A stretch of DNA of 64,000 bases, taken from contig OY970302.1 of the NCBI GenBank assembly GCA_963716335.1, forward strand, positions 3,655,302 through 3,719,301, in the 5' to 3' direction. Below, piece after piece: positions 1 to 11,162 of this stretch (the stretch's first letter is position 1; every line of letters starts with the position of its first letter). A model generated the notes under the pieces. It saw nothing but the letters and a program-made list of their open reading frames with translations, had not been told where the DNA came from and searched no databases. The DNA comes from an uncultured Pseudomonadota bacterium (GTDB taxonomy: Bacteria; Pseudomonadota; Gammaproteobacteria; Steroidobacterales; Steroidobacteraceae). The translations under genes and the position numbers were made by a program.

Positions 1-1
1 C

Positions 2-475
2 GATGCGCAGCAGCAGACACGCTCCTGGGAGAGCCTCAAGGCCGAGGAGCGCGCGGCGCTCGCCCGGACGCAAGATGCGCCGGACCACAGCGCGCTGGCG
101 CATGTTCCACAGGCACTGCCTGCCCTGGCGCGGGCGGCCAAGCTCGGTCGCCGCGCGGCGCGGGTCGGTTTCGACTGGCAGCAGCCGGCGCAAGTGCGCG
201 CCAAAGTGCTCGAAGAGCTCCACGAAGTGGACGCGGCGCTGACGCAGGGCGATGCAACGCACGTCGCGGAAGAAGTGGGCGACCTGTTGTTCGCGGTAGC
301 CAACTGGACGTTGCACCTGCAGATCGACCCGGAGGAGGCGCTGCGTGCCGCCAACCGCAAGTTCGAGCGCCGTTTTCGCCACATGGAGAGATTGGCGGGC
401 GCGCAGGGGCGGCCGCTGGAATCGCTCTCGGCGGCCGAGTGGGACGAATTGTGGAGTCGGGCCAAGAGTGGCTGA
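2..475 (+). CDS. mazG: Nucleoside triphosphate pyrophosphohydrolase MazG, C-terminal part (5' end lies outside the window)
   Basis: Frame 2 is open from the window edge. Translation ...RAARVGFDWQQPAQVRAKVLEELHEVDAAL...AEEVGDLLFAVANW...ANRKFERRFRHME matches the MazG repeat signature (EExxD plus KFxRRF). Confidence 0.85.
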   Translation, partial: DAQQQTRSWESLKAEERAALARTQDAPDHSALAHVPQALPALARAAKLGRRAARVGFDWQQPAQVRAKVLEELHEVDAALTQGDATHVAEEVGDLLFAVANWTLHLQIDPEEALRAANRKFERRFRHMERLAGAQGRPLESLSAAEWDELWSRAKSG

Positions 476-594
476 GCCGTTCAGGGCGCATTCACCGGCT
501 CGCCCATAGGCTCGTCGCAGAATGAGCGTGCCCGGCCTGCTGGCCTGTGCAAGGTTGCCGCCGTGTGCAGCGGATTCTACTCAAGGGACGTACA

Positions 595-900
595 ATGCCT
601 GACCGGCGCCTTCCACGCATCGCCTGGCTCGCAGCGCTTGCGGCCGTGGTGACGATCGCGTGGTTGCCGGAGGCAAGCGCACAGACTCCCGCCCAACAGA
701 TGCGTCCGGCTGCGCATTCTGCCGGCCCGATGACGCTGGACCAGGCGGTCAAAATGGCGGAGCAGCGCTTCAAGGCCCGCGTGGTGCGCGCGCAATCCCG
801 CAAGGACGACGGCCATACCACCTATGTCCTGAGATTGCTGAATGATTCCGGACGGGTGTGGACCGTGCGCATCAACGCAGCCAACGGCTCGGTGCTGTAG
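595..900 (+). CDS. PepSY domain-containing periplasmic protein
   Basis: Signal-like N-terminus MPDRRLPRIAWLAALAAVVTIAWLPEASA, then MTLDQAVKMAEQRFKARVVRAQSRKDDGHTTYVLRLLNDSGRVWTVRINAANGSV, a PepSY-like pattern. Lies directly upstream of a two-component pair. The ATG at 595 is preferred over the start at 547. Confidence 0.65.
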   Translation: MPDRRLPRIAWLAALAAVVTIAWLPEASAQTPAQQMRPAAHSAGPMTLDQAVKMAEQRFKARVVRAQSRKDDGHTTYVLRLLNDSGRVWTVRINAANGSVL

Positions 901-909
901 GGGCAGCGC

Positions 910-1596
910 ATGCGGGTGTTGGTGATCGAAGATGAGCAGACCCTGCGCGAGACGCTCAAGGCTCGCCTCGTGGATACCGGCTTCAGCGTCGATGATGCGA
1001 GCGACGGTGAGGAAGGGCTGTTCGCCGCACTGGAGTTGCCGCTGGACGTGGCGATCATCGATCTCGGACTGCCCAAGCTGTCCGGTCTGGAGGTGATTCG
1101 CCGGCTGCGCGCCAAGGGCAGGAGCTTCCCGGTGCTGATCCTGACGGCGCGGGATCGCTGGCAGGATAAGGTGGAAGGGTTGCAGGCGGGGGCGGATGAC
1201 TACGTCTCCAAACCATTCCAGTTCGAGGAAGTGCTGGCCCGGGTGCAGGCGTTGCTGCGACGCGCCGGCGGCTGGGCCAGCCCGGAGCTCAGTTGCGATC
1301 CGATCGTCCTCGACACGCGCGCTCAGACGGTGCGAGTGCAGGACGTCCCGGTCGAGCTCACCAGTTTCGAGTACCGGATCCTCGAGCACCTGATGCTGCG
1401 GGCCGGAGAGGTCATCTCCAAGACGGAGTTGACCGAGCGGCTGTATGACGAGGAGTCCGAGCGCGACAGCAATGTGATCGAGGTGCTGGTAGGAAGGCTG
1501 CGGCGCAAACTCGACCCGAACGATACCCTGCGGCCGATCGAGACGCTGCGCGGTCGAGGCTACCGCCTGGCGCTGGCGCGCACGGCGACTTCCTGA
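910..1596 (+). CDS. OmpR/PhoB-family response regulator
   Basis: MRVLVIEDE...DVAIIDLGLPKLSG...LILTARD...GADDYVSKPF receiver domain, followed by a winged-helix C-terminus (LTSFEYRILEHLM...ETLRGRGYRL). Confidence 0.92.
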   Translation: MRVLVIEDEQTLRETLKARLVDTGFSVDDASDGEEGLFAALELPLDVAIIDLGLPKLSGLEVIRRLRAKGRSFPVLILTARDRWQDKVEGLQAGADDYVSKPFQFEEVLARVQALLRRAGGWASPELSCDPIVLDTRAQTVRVQDVPVELTSFEYRILEHLMLRAGEVISKTELTERLYDEESERDSNVIEVLVGRLRRKLDPNDTLRPIETLRGRGYRLALARTATS

Positions 1597-1605
1597 AGCC
1601 GCTGC

Positions 1606-2957
1606 GTGCATTCACTTAGCCGCAGGCTGCTGGTTTCGGTATCGGTTCCCCTCGCGCTGTTCTTCGGCGTGATGATGCTGGTGCTCGACACGGGGTTCCG
1701 CGCCCTGTCGGAGCGTTCGCTGCGCGAGTTGCTCGATGCGCAGATGGTGGCGCTCATCGCGGCGGCCGAGCCGCAGCCCGGCGCCGGTTATGCGCCTCCC
1801 GCCGGTGATCTCGCCTCGCGGCTGCGCACTCCCGGATCCGGACTGTATGCGCAGATCCGCTCCGCCGGCGGCCGTTCCGTGTGGCGCTCCCCGTCCACTG
1901 CCGGAGCGCCCATCGATTTCGGCGGTGCCCTTGATCCGGGGGCGCGCAGTGTGCGTTATACGACGACCGACCATCAGCGCATTGCCATCGAGAGCCGTGG
2001 CATCCAGTTCGAGGACGCCGAGGGCACGTGGGAGTTCACCTTCAGTGTCGCGGCGAGCCTGACTCCGTATGAGCAGCAATTGTGGCGCTTCAGACGGCAG
2101 CTGTTCGGTTGGTTCATCGGGCTGATGCTGCTGCTGATGGTGACCCTGGCGGGGCTGCTGCGCTGGGTGCTGGCCCCGCTACGGCGCATGGAGCGGGAAA
2201 TCCATGCAGTCGAGGCAGGACGCAACGAGGTGCTCGGTGGTGGTTATCCGCGCGAGTTGACTGGCGTGGCGGACAATCTCAATACGCTGCTGGTCGGCGA
2301 GCGCGAACGCGTGGCCCGCTACCGCGACACGCTCGGCAATCTCGCGCACAGCCTGAAGACCCCGCTGGCCGTGATGCGTGCGGCGCTGAGCGGGGTCCAC
2401 CCCGGTGCGCAGGACGTGATCGGACCGGAAATCGATCGCATGAGCGGCATCATCGAGCACCAGCTCAGCCGCGCCGCCGCCTCCGGGGGCGCACTGCTCG
2501 GCCAGGCGCCGGTGGACGTCGCCCCGGTTGCCGCGGAGTTGCGGGTCGCGTTGCTCAAGGTATATGCGCGCAAGGACCTGTCGATCGAGATCGGCGTCGC
2601 GGCGGCCTGTCAGTTCATCGGCGATCGCACCGATCTCGTGGAGTTGCTCGGTAATCTGCTCGACAACGCCTGCAAGTGGTGTCGCAGTACCGTGCGACTG
2701 ACGGCCGACATCGATGCCAACCTTGCGACCCGCGAGCGACTGCAGATCACGGTGGAAGACGACGGTCCCGGAATTTCCGCCGAGAACCGGGCGCGGATCG
2801 GTCAGCGCGGCGTGCGCACCGAGGAAAGCGTGCCGGGCCACGGGATCGGGTTGTCCATGGTGCAGGACACCGTGGAGCTGTATCGCGGCTCGCTGCTCAT
2901 CGACCGCTCACCGCTGGGAGGCGCGCGCTTTGCCCTGCGGCTGCCCGGGCGGGAAGC

Positions 2958-2976
<19 letters not shown>
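1606..2976 (+). CDS. Sensor histidine kinase (PhoQ/QseC-like), two TM segments with a periplasmic loop
   Basis: GTG start 10 nt after the regulator stop. H-box [16 protein letters not shown]-box [13 protein letters not shown]-boxes EDDGPGI and GHGIGLSMV. Confidence 0.9.
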
Positions 2977-4492
<1,516 letters not shown>

Positions 4493-4496
<4 letters not shown>

Positions 4497-5665
4497 CGGA
4501 CCGCGACCTTCAACCGGCGCTGCGTGCCGGCCTTGCCGGAGACGACGATCTGCCCGGAGACATCTTTCGTGCCGCCGGGGGCATAGAAGCCTCCGAAGCG
4601 GTTCGCCAGGATGTCGGCAAGCCGGAACTGCTCCTGCGCGACGAAGCCGCTGTACCTGCCGCGATGCTCGAGGACGAGGTCCACAACGGCAGTGATGCCG
4701 GCGGCCGTGGTCACCTGGATCGCCGACCACAGCCGCCCGGCGATGACCTGCGGATACACCTTGTTCACGTAGTTTTCTTCGCGCAGCTCGCCGCCTTGTT
4801 TTCCGGTGACGGCGGCATACACGATCACCACATCCTGCAGGGTCTGTGGGACGGCGTTCTCCAGGATGCGTTTGAGGGTCCCGCGGTCCTTGTTGAGCTT
4901 CAGGTCATTCATCAGCAGGCGCATCTGCTCGCAGTGGCCTGGATAGCGGATGGTCTTGTAGTTCATCGACTCGCAATGCAGCCCCTTGGTCTCGGCAAGC
5001 GAGCCGAGGCCGCCCGAGGTGTTGAATGCCTCGTAGAGCGTTCCGTCGATCTCGATCTCCTCCAGACCCTCCAGCGGTGCGACATCGATCGTGCTGCCAT
5101 CGACGATCGCCTGGCAGGGATTGCCATACTCGTTGATGAGGCCTTCGGTCGACCAGGTGAGCGAGTACTTGAGGACGTTGTTGGGATGTTGCGGCAACGC
5201 GCCGACCCGCAGCTTCACCGCGCGCAGATCATCGAAATGGGTGATGAGCTCCGCGGCCGCGATGCTGATGAACCCCGGAGCAAGTCCACACTGCGGCACG
5301 AAGGCCTGCTGCGCGCCCGTCGAGATCGCCCGCACCGAGCGGGTCACTTCGACGTCCTCGGTGAGATCGAAGTAATGCGTGCCGGCCTGACGCGCCACCT
5401 CCGCGACCGCAACGTTGCAATAGAACGGCAGGCTGGAAATGACGGCATCGACCGGATGGGCCGCGAGGTGGCCGCCCAGTGCGCCGGTGCTGCTGGCATC
5501 CAGCTCGAAGGCACCGAGGTGCTCGGTACCGTGCGCCCGCACGACTGCCTCGGCCGCAGCGCCATCGACATCGGCGAGCTGAACCTGGTAACTGCCGGAA
5601 TCGGCAAGTAATCCGGAGATCAACGCGCCGATCTTGCCGGCGCCGAGAATGAGTACGCGATGCAT
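4493..5665 (-). CDS. Saccharopine dehydrogenase-family NAD(P) enzyme (lysine 6-dehydrogenase or saccharopine dehydrogenase-like)
   Basis: N-terminal Rossmann fold [21 protein letters not shown]; body ...[12 protein letters not shown]...[15 protein letters not shown]...IRYPGHCE is typical of the saccharopine dehydrogenase family. Its stop overlaps the ALDH7 gene start by 4 nt. Confidence 0.8.
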
Positions 5666-5683
5666 GGTGAGGCGTCGAATGCT

Positions 5684-5708
5684 GCGCAAAAGGGGGCGCA
5701 TTTTGCGC
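5684..5708. promoter_or_regulatory. 8-bp perfect inverted repeat GCGCAAAA-N9-TTTTGCGC in the divergent lysine-module/DAHP-synthase intergenic region
   Basis: Arms at 5684-5691 and 5701-5708, read directly from the sequence. Lies 19 nt upstream of the minus-strand start at 5665. Candidate operator or 5'-UTR hairpin. Confidence 0.35.
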
Positions 5709-5781
5709 CTTTGGAGTACCGGGACGCCAGTTGCGGCGGCGGCAGGTTGGGACAGCGGGACGGCAATGGTAGCATCGCCCG

Positions 5782-7155
5782 ATGCGAGCTCACGAGACCA
5801 CCTCCTGGCACAGCGCCAGCTGGCAGACCCGGCCGGCACAACAGCAGCCCACCTATGCGGATCCGCAGGCCCTCGAGCGCGCTGTGGCCCACCTGTCGCG
5901 CCTGCCGCCCATCGTCGTTTCCTGGGAGATCGATGCTTTGCGTGAGCGTCTGGCCGCCGCCCAGCGCGGCCAGGCCTTTCTGCTGCAGGGCGGGGATTGC
6001 GCCGAGACCTTTGCCGATTGCGCCTCCGACCAGATCGCCAAGAAGCTGAAGATCCTGCTGCAGATGAGCATCGTGCTGCTCCATGGCCTGAAGCGACCGA
6101 TCATCCGTGTCGGACGCATGGCAGGGCAGTATGCTAAGCCGCGCTCTGCCGATACCGAGACCCATGACGGTGTCACGTTGCCGGCGTATCGCGGCGATCT
6201 CGTCAACCGGCCGCAGTTCACCGCCGAAGCCCGGGCGGCGGATCCCGAGCTGCTGCTGCGTGGTTACGAGCGGGCGGCGCTGACGTTGAATTTCGTGCGC
6301 GCGCTGGTGGATGGCGGCTTTGCCGATCTGCACCACCCGGAATACTGGGATCTCGGCTTCGTCAAGCACGCACCGCTGAAGGACGCCTACCAGCGCATCG
6401 TGAGCGCCATCGGGGATGCGCTGGATTTCTTCGAAGGCATCACCGGGCAGTCCGTGCACGAGGCGCGGCTCGTCAATTTCTACTCGAGCCACGAGGGGCT
6501 GCACCTGCTGTACGAGCAGGCACAGACACGCTTCATTCCGCGGCAGAACCGCTGGTACAATCTGTCCACGCATTTCCCCTGGATCGGCATGCGCACGGCG
6601 AGCCTGGATGGGGCGCACGTGGAATATTTCCGTGGCATCTCCAACCCCGTGGCCGTGAAGGTTGGCTCGGCGATGGATGCCAGCTGGCTGCAGGGCCTCG
6701 TCACCACGCTAAATCCGCAGAACCAGCCGGGACGACTGACCCTGATCCATCGTTTCGGCGCCAAGGACGTCGAGGCCGCGTTGCCGCGCGCGATCGAGGC
6801 TGTGCGCCAGACCGGCCACAGCGTGCTGTGGATCTGCGATCCCATGCACGGCAACACCGAGACGAGCACTGGCGGACTCAAGACCCGTCGTTTCGAGAAC
6901 ATCCAGAAGGAGCTCGAGCTGGCCTTTCGCATTCATGCGGAAATGGGCTCCTCCCTCGGCGGCGTACACGTGGAGCTGACGGGCGATGATGTCACCGAAT
7001 GCACCGGAGGGGCCCGCGGCCTGACCGATGCGGACCTGCAGCGGGCGTATCGATCCAGTGTCGATCCGCGTTTGAATCACGAGCAGGCCCTCGAGCTTGC
7101 GATGCTGATCGCCGAGCACAGCCAGAGTCGCCGGGCCGCCCGCGCGGCGGGTTGA
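5782..7155 (+). CDS. Class II 3-deoxy-7-phosphoheptulonate (DAHP) synthase
   Basis: WHSASWQTRPAQQQPTYADPQALE...FLLQGGDCAETF...RMAGQYAKPRS...WICDPMHGNT... is the characteristic class II (plant/actinobacterial-type) DAHP synthase pattern. Length 457 aa. Confidence 0.92.
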   Translation: MRAHETTSWHSASWQTRPAQQQPTYADPQALERAVAHLSRLPPIVVSWEIDALRERLAAAQRGQAFLLQGGDCAETFADCASDQIAKKLKILLQMSIVLLHGLKRPIIRVGRMAGQYAKPRSADTETHDGVTLPAYRGDLVNRPQFTAEARAADPELLLRGYERAALTLNFVRALVDGGFADLHHPEYWDLGFVKHAPLKDAYQRIVSAIGDALDFFEGITGQSVHEARLVNFYSSHEGLHLLYEQAQTRFIPRQNRWYNLSTHFPWIGMRTASLDGAHVEYFRGISNPVAVKVGSAMDASWLQGLVTTLNPQNQPGRLTLIHRFGAKDVEAALPRAIEAVRQTGHSVLWICDPMHGNTETSTGGLKTRRFENIQKELELAFRIHAEMGSSLGGVHVELTGDDVTECTGGARGLTDADLQRAYRSSVDPRLNHEQALELAMLIAEHSQSRRAARAAG

Positions 7156-7183
7156 TTCCACGAAGCGTCGATCTCGAGCGGCA

Positions 7184-7897
7184 GTGGGCGCAACGGGCGC
7201 AAAATCCGCCTCCGGCACGGAGGCATCGTCGTGCGCGCGTCCGCCCAAGCCCGGGCGCACGCGCTGCTATGATCCGGACTGCACGCAATGCCCGCGGCTT
7301 GCCGAATTCCTGGCGGAAACCCATCAGCACTTTCCGGGCTACTTCGCACGCCCCGTGCCTTCCTTCGGGGATGCGGCGCCGCGCATTCTGATCGTCGGAC
7401 TCGCGCCGGGGATGCACGGCGCGAACCGCACGGGCCGGCCCTTTACCGGCGATCATGCGGGGATCCTGCTCTACGAGACGCTGCATGCGCTCGGACTGGC
7501 CAGCCGGCCGCAGTCGGTGAGCGCTGCGGATGGCCTCACGTTGCGCCACGTGCGAATCTGCAATGCGGTCAAATGCGTTCCGCCGCAGAACAAGCCCCTG
7601 CCCGAGGAGATCCGCCGCTGCAACGCTTACCTGCAGACGGAGCTGCAGGAGCTCGCCAGCGTGCGCGTCATTCTCGCCCTGGGCCGCATCGCCCATGAGG
7701 GCGTGCTGCTGGCATCGGGCCTGAAGCGCAGCGAGTTTGCCTTCGGGCACGGGCGCGAGCACCGCTTGGACGGGCAACGATGGCTCCTCGACTCGTATCA
7801 TTGCAGCCGCTACAACACCCAGACGCGCGTGCTGACGGGGGAGATGTTCAGGGCGGTGGTGGCGCGAGCTTGCGTGCGCGCGGGTTTGGCGGCTTGA
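7184..7897 (+). CDS. Uracil-DNA glycosylase superfamily protein (family 4/5, Fe-S type)
   Basis: CYDPDCTQCPRL cysteine cluster, ILIVGLAPGMHGANRTGRPFTGDHAG motif (GLAPxxHGxNRTGRxFTGD, family-5-like), and a late HCSRYN motif. GTG is the only in-frame start after the DAHP synthase stop. Confidence 0.75.
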   Translation: MGATGAKSASGTEASSCARPPKPGRTRCYDPDCTQCPRLAEFLAETHQHFPGYFARPVPSFGDAAPRILIVGLAPGMHGANRTGRPFTGDHAGILLYETLHALGLASRPQSVSAADGLTLRHVRICNAVKCVPPQNKPLPEEIRRCNAYLQTELQELASVRVILALGRIAHEGVLLASGLKRSEFAFGHGREHRLDGQRWLLDSYHCSRYNTQTRVLTGEMFRAVVARACVRAGLAA

Positions 7898-7941
7898 GGG
7901 GCCTGGTCGGAAGGAGACAACGGAAGGCTTGCGGCGATCGG

Positions 7942-9765
7942 ATGACTGCGAAAGGGTTCGATGCGAAGGAGTTCGTCGGTTCATTGCCGAGGCGCCCCGG
8001 TGTCTACAGGATGTACGACGCCATGCACGAGTTGCTGTACGTGGGCAAGGCGAGGAACCTGAAGGATCGTGTCGGCACGTATTTCGCTGCGAGTAACGTC
8101 AATCCGAAAGTGCACGCGCTCGTGCAGCAGATCGCCGCCATCGAAGTCACCGTCGCGAACTCCGAGACCGAGGCGCTGCTGCTCGAATACAACCTGATCA
8201 AGGCGCACAAGCCGCGGTTCAACGTCGTTCTGAAGGACGACAAGAGCTTCCCCTACATCCAGGTCTGTAGCGAGCACCCCTTTGCGCGCCTGGCGTTCTA
8301 TCGCGGCCCGCGCTCTGCGCCCGGACGCTATTTCGGGCCGTTTCCAAGCGCAGGTGCGGTGAAGGACACGTTGGGCCAGCTGCAGAAGCTGTTTCGCATC
8401 CGCAACTGCCGCGACACCTTCTTCGCCAATCGCAGCCGTCCGTGTCTGCAGCACCAGATCGGGCGCTGCTCGGCGCCATGCGTCGGACTGATCACCCAGC
8501 AAGCCTATGCCCAGGACATCGACTCGGCCGTGAAGGTACTGGAGGGCCGCGACGCCGAAGTGACCGCCGCGCTCGAGGAGCGCATGGAGGAGGCCGCCGC
8601 CAGACGCGAATTCGAGCGGGCGGCACAGATCCGGGACCAGCTCGCGGCATTGAAGCGGGTGTTGGCGCAGCAGATTGTGACGGCCGCAGGGGAACGCGAT
8701 GTCGATGTATTCGCGATCGCCGGTGATCCGGGCGAATACGCCATCAGCGTCATGTTGGTGCGGGGCGGGCGCAATCTCGGCACCAGCAACTACTTTCCGC
8801 GGGCAGCGCTTGCCGAGCCGCAGGAGGCGCTGTCCTCGTTCGTGATGCAATACTACGCAGCGCAGGAACCGCCTGCGGAAGTTCTGCTCGGCTGCAAACT
8901 GGAGGATGCAGCGGCGCTGGCCGAGGCGCTTGCCTCGCGGGTGGCACGGGCCATCGAGGTTCGTTGCCCGGTGCGCGGACTCGGCGTGCGCTACGTCGAG
9001 CTGGCGCGGGAAAATGCCACTCAGGCGCTGCGCATGCGGCTGGCGCAGCGCTTGGGGCTGGATGAGATGTTCGCAGATCTGGCCCGCGAGCTCGATCTGC
9101 CGGAGATGCCCGCGCGGGTCGAGTGTTTCGACATCAGCCACACCGGGGGCGAGGGCACCGTCGCCTCCTGCGTCGTGTTCGGGCCCGATGGTCCGCTCAA
9201 AAAGGAATACCGGCGCTTCAACATCAGCGGCGTGACGCCGGGAGACGACTACGGCGCTTTGCGGCAGGCGCTCGAGCGTCGCTACACCCGGATCAGAGAC
9301 GGCGAGATTCCCGCTCCGGATTTGCTGCTGATCGACGGTGGTCTGGGACAGATCAGTCAGGTGCACGCGATCCTGGAGGGGCTCGGCTTTGGCGATGTAA
9401 CCCTGGTCGGAGTTGCCAAGGGCCCGGATCGGCGCCCGGGGCAGGAGCGGCTCTTCATCCACGCAGTACCCGAGCCGGTCGTCCCGGAGGCGCATTCGCC
9501 GGCCTCGCGCCTCGTGCAACGCATCCGCGACGAGGCGCATCGGTTTGCCATTACCGGCCACCGGCGCAAGCGGGCGCGGCGCTACAACGAGTCCGTGCTG
9601 GAGGCCGTGCCTGGACTTGGCCCCGCAAAGCGACGGGCGTTGCTGCGGCATTTCGGCGGACTGCAGGGCGTGCTGCGCGCCGGCGTCGCGGATTTCGACA
9701 AGGTCGCGGGAATTGGCCCATCGCTGGCGCGAAGCCTTTATGATCACCTCCACCCGGGCGACTGA
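7942..9765 (+). CDS. uvrC: Excinuclease ABC subunit C
   Basis: LPRRPGVYRMYDAMHELLYVGKARNLKDRV (GIY-YIG domain), a UVR domain (EFERAAQIRDQL), an endonuclease domain and a C-terminal HhH2 (VPGLGPAKRRALLRHFGG). ATG at 7942 chosen; 607 aa. Confidence 0.95.
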   Translation: MTAKGFDAKEFVGSLPRRPGVYRMYDAMHELLYVGKARNLKDRVGTYFAASNVNPKVHALVQQIAAIEVTVANSETEALLLEYNLIKAHKPRFNVVLKDDKSFPYIQVCSEHPFARLAFYRGPRSAPGRYFGPFPSAGAVKDTLGQLQKLFRIRNCRDTFFANRSRPCLQHQIGRCSAPCVGLITQQAYAQDIDSAVKVLEGRDAEVTAALEERMEEAAARREFERAAQIRDQLAALKRVLAQQIVTAAGERDVDVFAIAGDPGEYAISVMLVRGGRNLGTSNYFPRAALAEPQEALSSFVMQYYAAQEPPAEVLLGCKLEDAAALAEALASRVARAIEVRCPVRGLGVRYVELARENATQALRMRLAQRLGLDEMFADLARELDLPEMPARVECFDISHTGGEGTVASCVVFGPDGPLKKEYRRFNISGVTPGDDYGALRQALERRYTRIRDGEIPAPDLLLIDGGLGQISQVHAILEGLGFGDVTLVGVAKGPDRRPGQERLFIHAVPEPVVPEAHSPASRLVQRIRDEAHRFAITGHRRKRARRYNESVLEAVPGLGPAKRRALLRHFGGLQGVLRAGVADFDKVAGIGPSLARSLYDHLHPGD

Positions 9766-9805
9766 ATCCTCGGTGTCTATGGAGACTGCGCCAAAAGCCG
9801 CCGCG

Positions 9806-10360
9806 ATGCCCTGGAACTGGCCGAATACGCTCACGTGGCTGCGTATCGCCGCGATTCCGCTGATCGCCATGCTGTTCTACATGCCATACCCGTGGGCGGA
9901 TCCGTCCGCCGGTGTGGTGTTCGCGATCGCCGGCATCACCGATTCATTGGACGGTTACCTCGCGCGCCGGCTCGGACAGACTTCACGGCTCGGGGCTTTC
10001 CTCGACCCGGTGGCAGACAAGCTGATCGTCGCAGTGGCGCTGGTGCTCATCGTGAGCCGCGATGCACGCGCACTCATTGCCCTCACCGCCGCCGTGATCA
10101 TCGGGCGGGAGATCACCATTTCCGCGCTGCGCGAGTGGATGGCGGAAATCGGTCAGCGGCGCAAGGTCGCCGTCTCGCAGCTCGGCAAGTACAAGACGAT
10201 CCTGCAGATCGTCGGCCTGTCATTGATGCTGTTCCGCATCGATCTGCTGGGATTGCCGATCTACAAGCTCGGGGTGGTGCTCACCGAGCTGGCTGCCGCC
10301 GCCACGCTCGTGTCCATGGTCGCCTACCTGCGCGCAGCATGGCCCGAGCTCAAGCGCTAG
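9806..10360 (+). CDS. pgsA: CDP-diacylglycerol--glycerol-3-phosphate 3-phosphatidyltransferase
   Basis: MPWNWPNTLTWLRIAAIPLI...AGITDSLDGYLARRLGQTSRLGAFLDPVADK carries the CDP-alcohol phosphatidyltransferase motif D-G-x2-A-R-x8-G-x3-D-x3-D. The N-terminus aligns with E. coli PgsA (MQFNIPTLLTLFRV...). Synteny with uvrC and the tRNA cluster. Confidence 0.92.
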   Translation: MPWNWPNTLTWLRIAAIPLIAMLFYMPYPWADPSAGVVFAIAGITDSLDGYLARRLGQTSRLGAFLDPVADKLIVAVALVLIVSRDARALIALTAAVIIGREITISALREWMAEIGQRRKVAVSQLGKYKTILQIVGLSLMLFRIDLLGLPIYKLGVVLTELAAAATLVSMVAYLRAAWPELKR

Positions 10361-10464
10361 CCACGACGGCACTCCGGACTGCTGCATGCTCAAGGACCAT
10401 CCAACAAGCCCGGCTAAGTGGCGGTGGCTGCTACCTTTTATTTCCCTCTCGCGGGGGACTTACC

Positions 10465-10492
10465 TTGACTTCACAGGGGGGGCACATACAAT
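10465..10492 (+). promoter_or_regulatory. Sigma70-type promoter for the tRNA-Gly/tRNA-Cys transcript
   Basis: TTGACT (10465-10470), 16-nt spacer, TACAAT (10487-10492). The -10 element ends 19 nt before the tRNA-Gly 5' end. Confidence 0.6.
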
Positions 10493-10511
10493 CCCCGTCC
10501 CTGCTCGAGAT

Positions 10512-10585
<74 letters not shown>

Positions 10586-10642
10586 AAGGTTCTCGACCGG
10601 AAGCCCCGTCGGACACGCCCGCCGGGGCTTCTTGGTTTGTAC

Positions 10643-10713
10643 GGCTAGGTGGCAGAGTGGTCATGCAGCGGCCTGCAAAGCCGCGTACAGCGGTTCGATT
10701 CCGCTCCTAGCCT
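10643..10713 (+). tRNA. cysT: tRNA-Cys (anticodon GCA)
   Basis: Acceptor GGCTAGG/CCTAGCC, anticodon arm GCGGC-CTGCAAA-GCCGC, T arm AGCGG-TTCGATT-CCGCT, discriminator T. CCA is not encoded. Confidence 0.93.
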
Positions 10714-10755
10714 CGCCTTCGATGCAACGCCTTTGATGCAATGCCGTGCGGGAAC

Positions 10756-11106
10756 TCAGCCGCTGCCGGAGTGTCCACCGCCTCGATCACCGTTGCGCTC
10801 GAGCTCGGTCTGGTTCACGACTCGCGTGACTCCAGGTACGGCCGCCGCGACTCGCTTGGCCTCATATAGAGCATCCGCGCTCCAGATGTAGCCGCTGAGA
10901 TACGTCACACCACCGTCAACGCGGACATCGACATGGCGGTAGTAGTAAACCGGATCGGCATTCAGCGCCGCATATACCCGATCTGCAGTGATCGCATCCG
11001 CTCGCGTCTGCTCTCTTGGCGCAGGCCAACTGCTTGCACAGCCGCCGCCCACCACAATTGCGAGCACCCCGGCGACGGCTGCACCCGATTTGGACAGGAC
11101 TGTCAT
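10756..11106 (-). CDS. BON domain-containing secreted protein or lipoprotein
   Basis: Signal-like MTVLSKSGAAVAGVLAIVVGGGCAS, then RVYAALNADPVYYYRHVDVRVDGGVTYLSGYIWSADALYEAKRVAAAVPGVTRVVNQ, a BON (OsmY-like) pattern. Confidence 0.75.
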   Translation of the reverse strand: MTVLSKSGAAVAGVLAIVVGGGCASSWPAPREQTRADAITADRVYAALNADPVYYYRHVDVRVDGGVTYLSGYIWSADALYEAKRVAAAVPGVTRVVNQTELERNGDRGGGHSGSG

Positions 11107-11162
11107 TTGCGCTCCCCAGAGGGCCTACGGGGCCCACACTTATAGGACGTGTTGCGGGAACG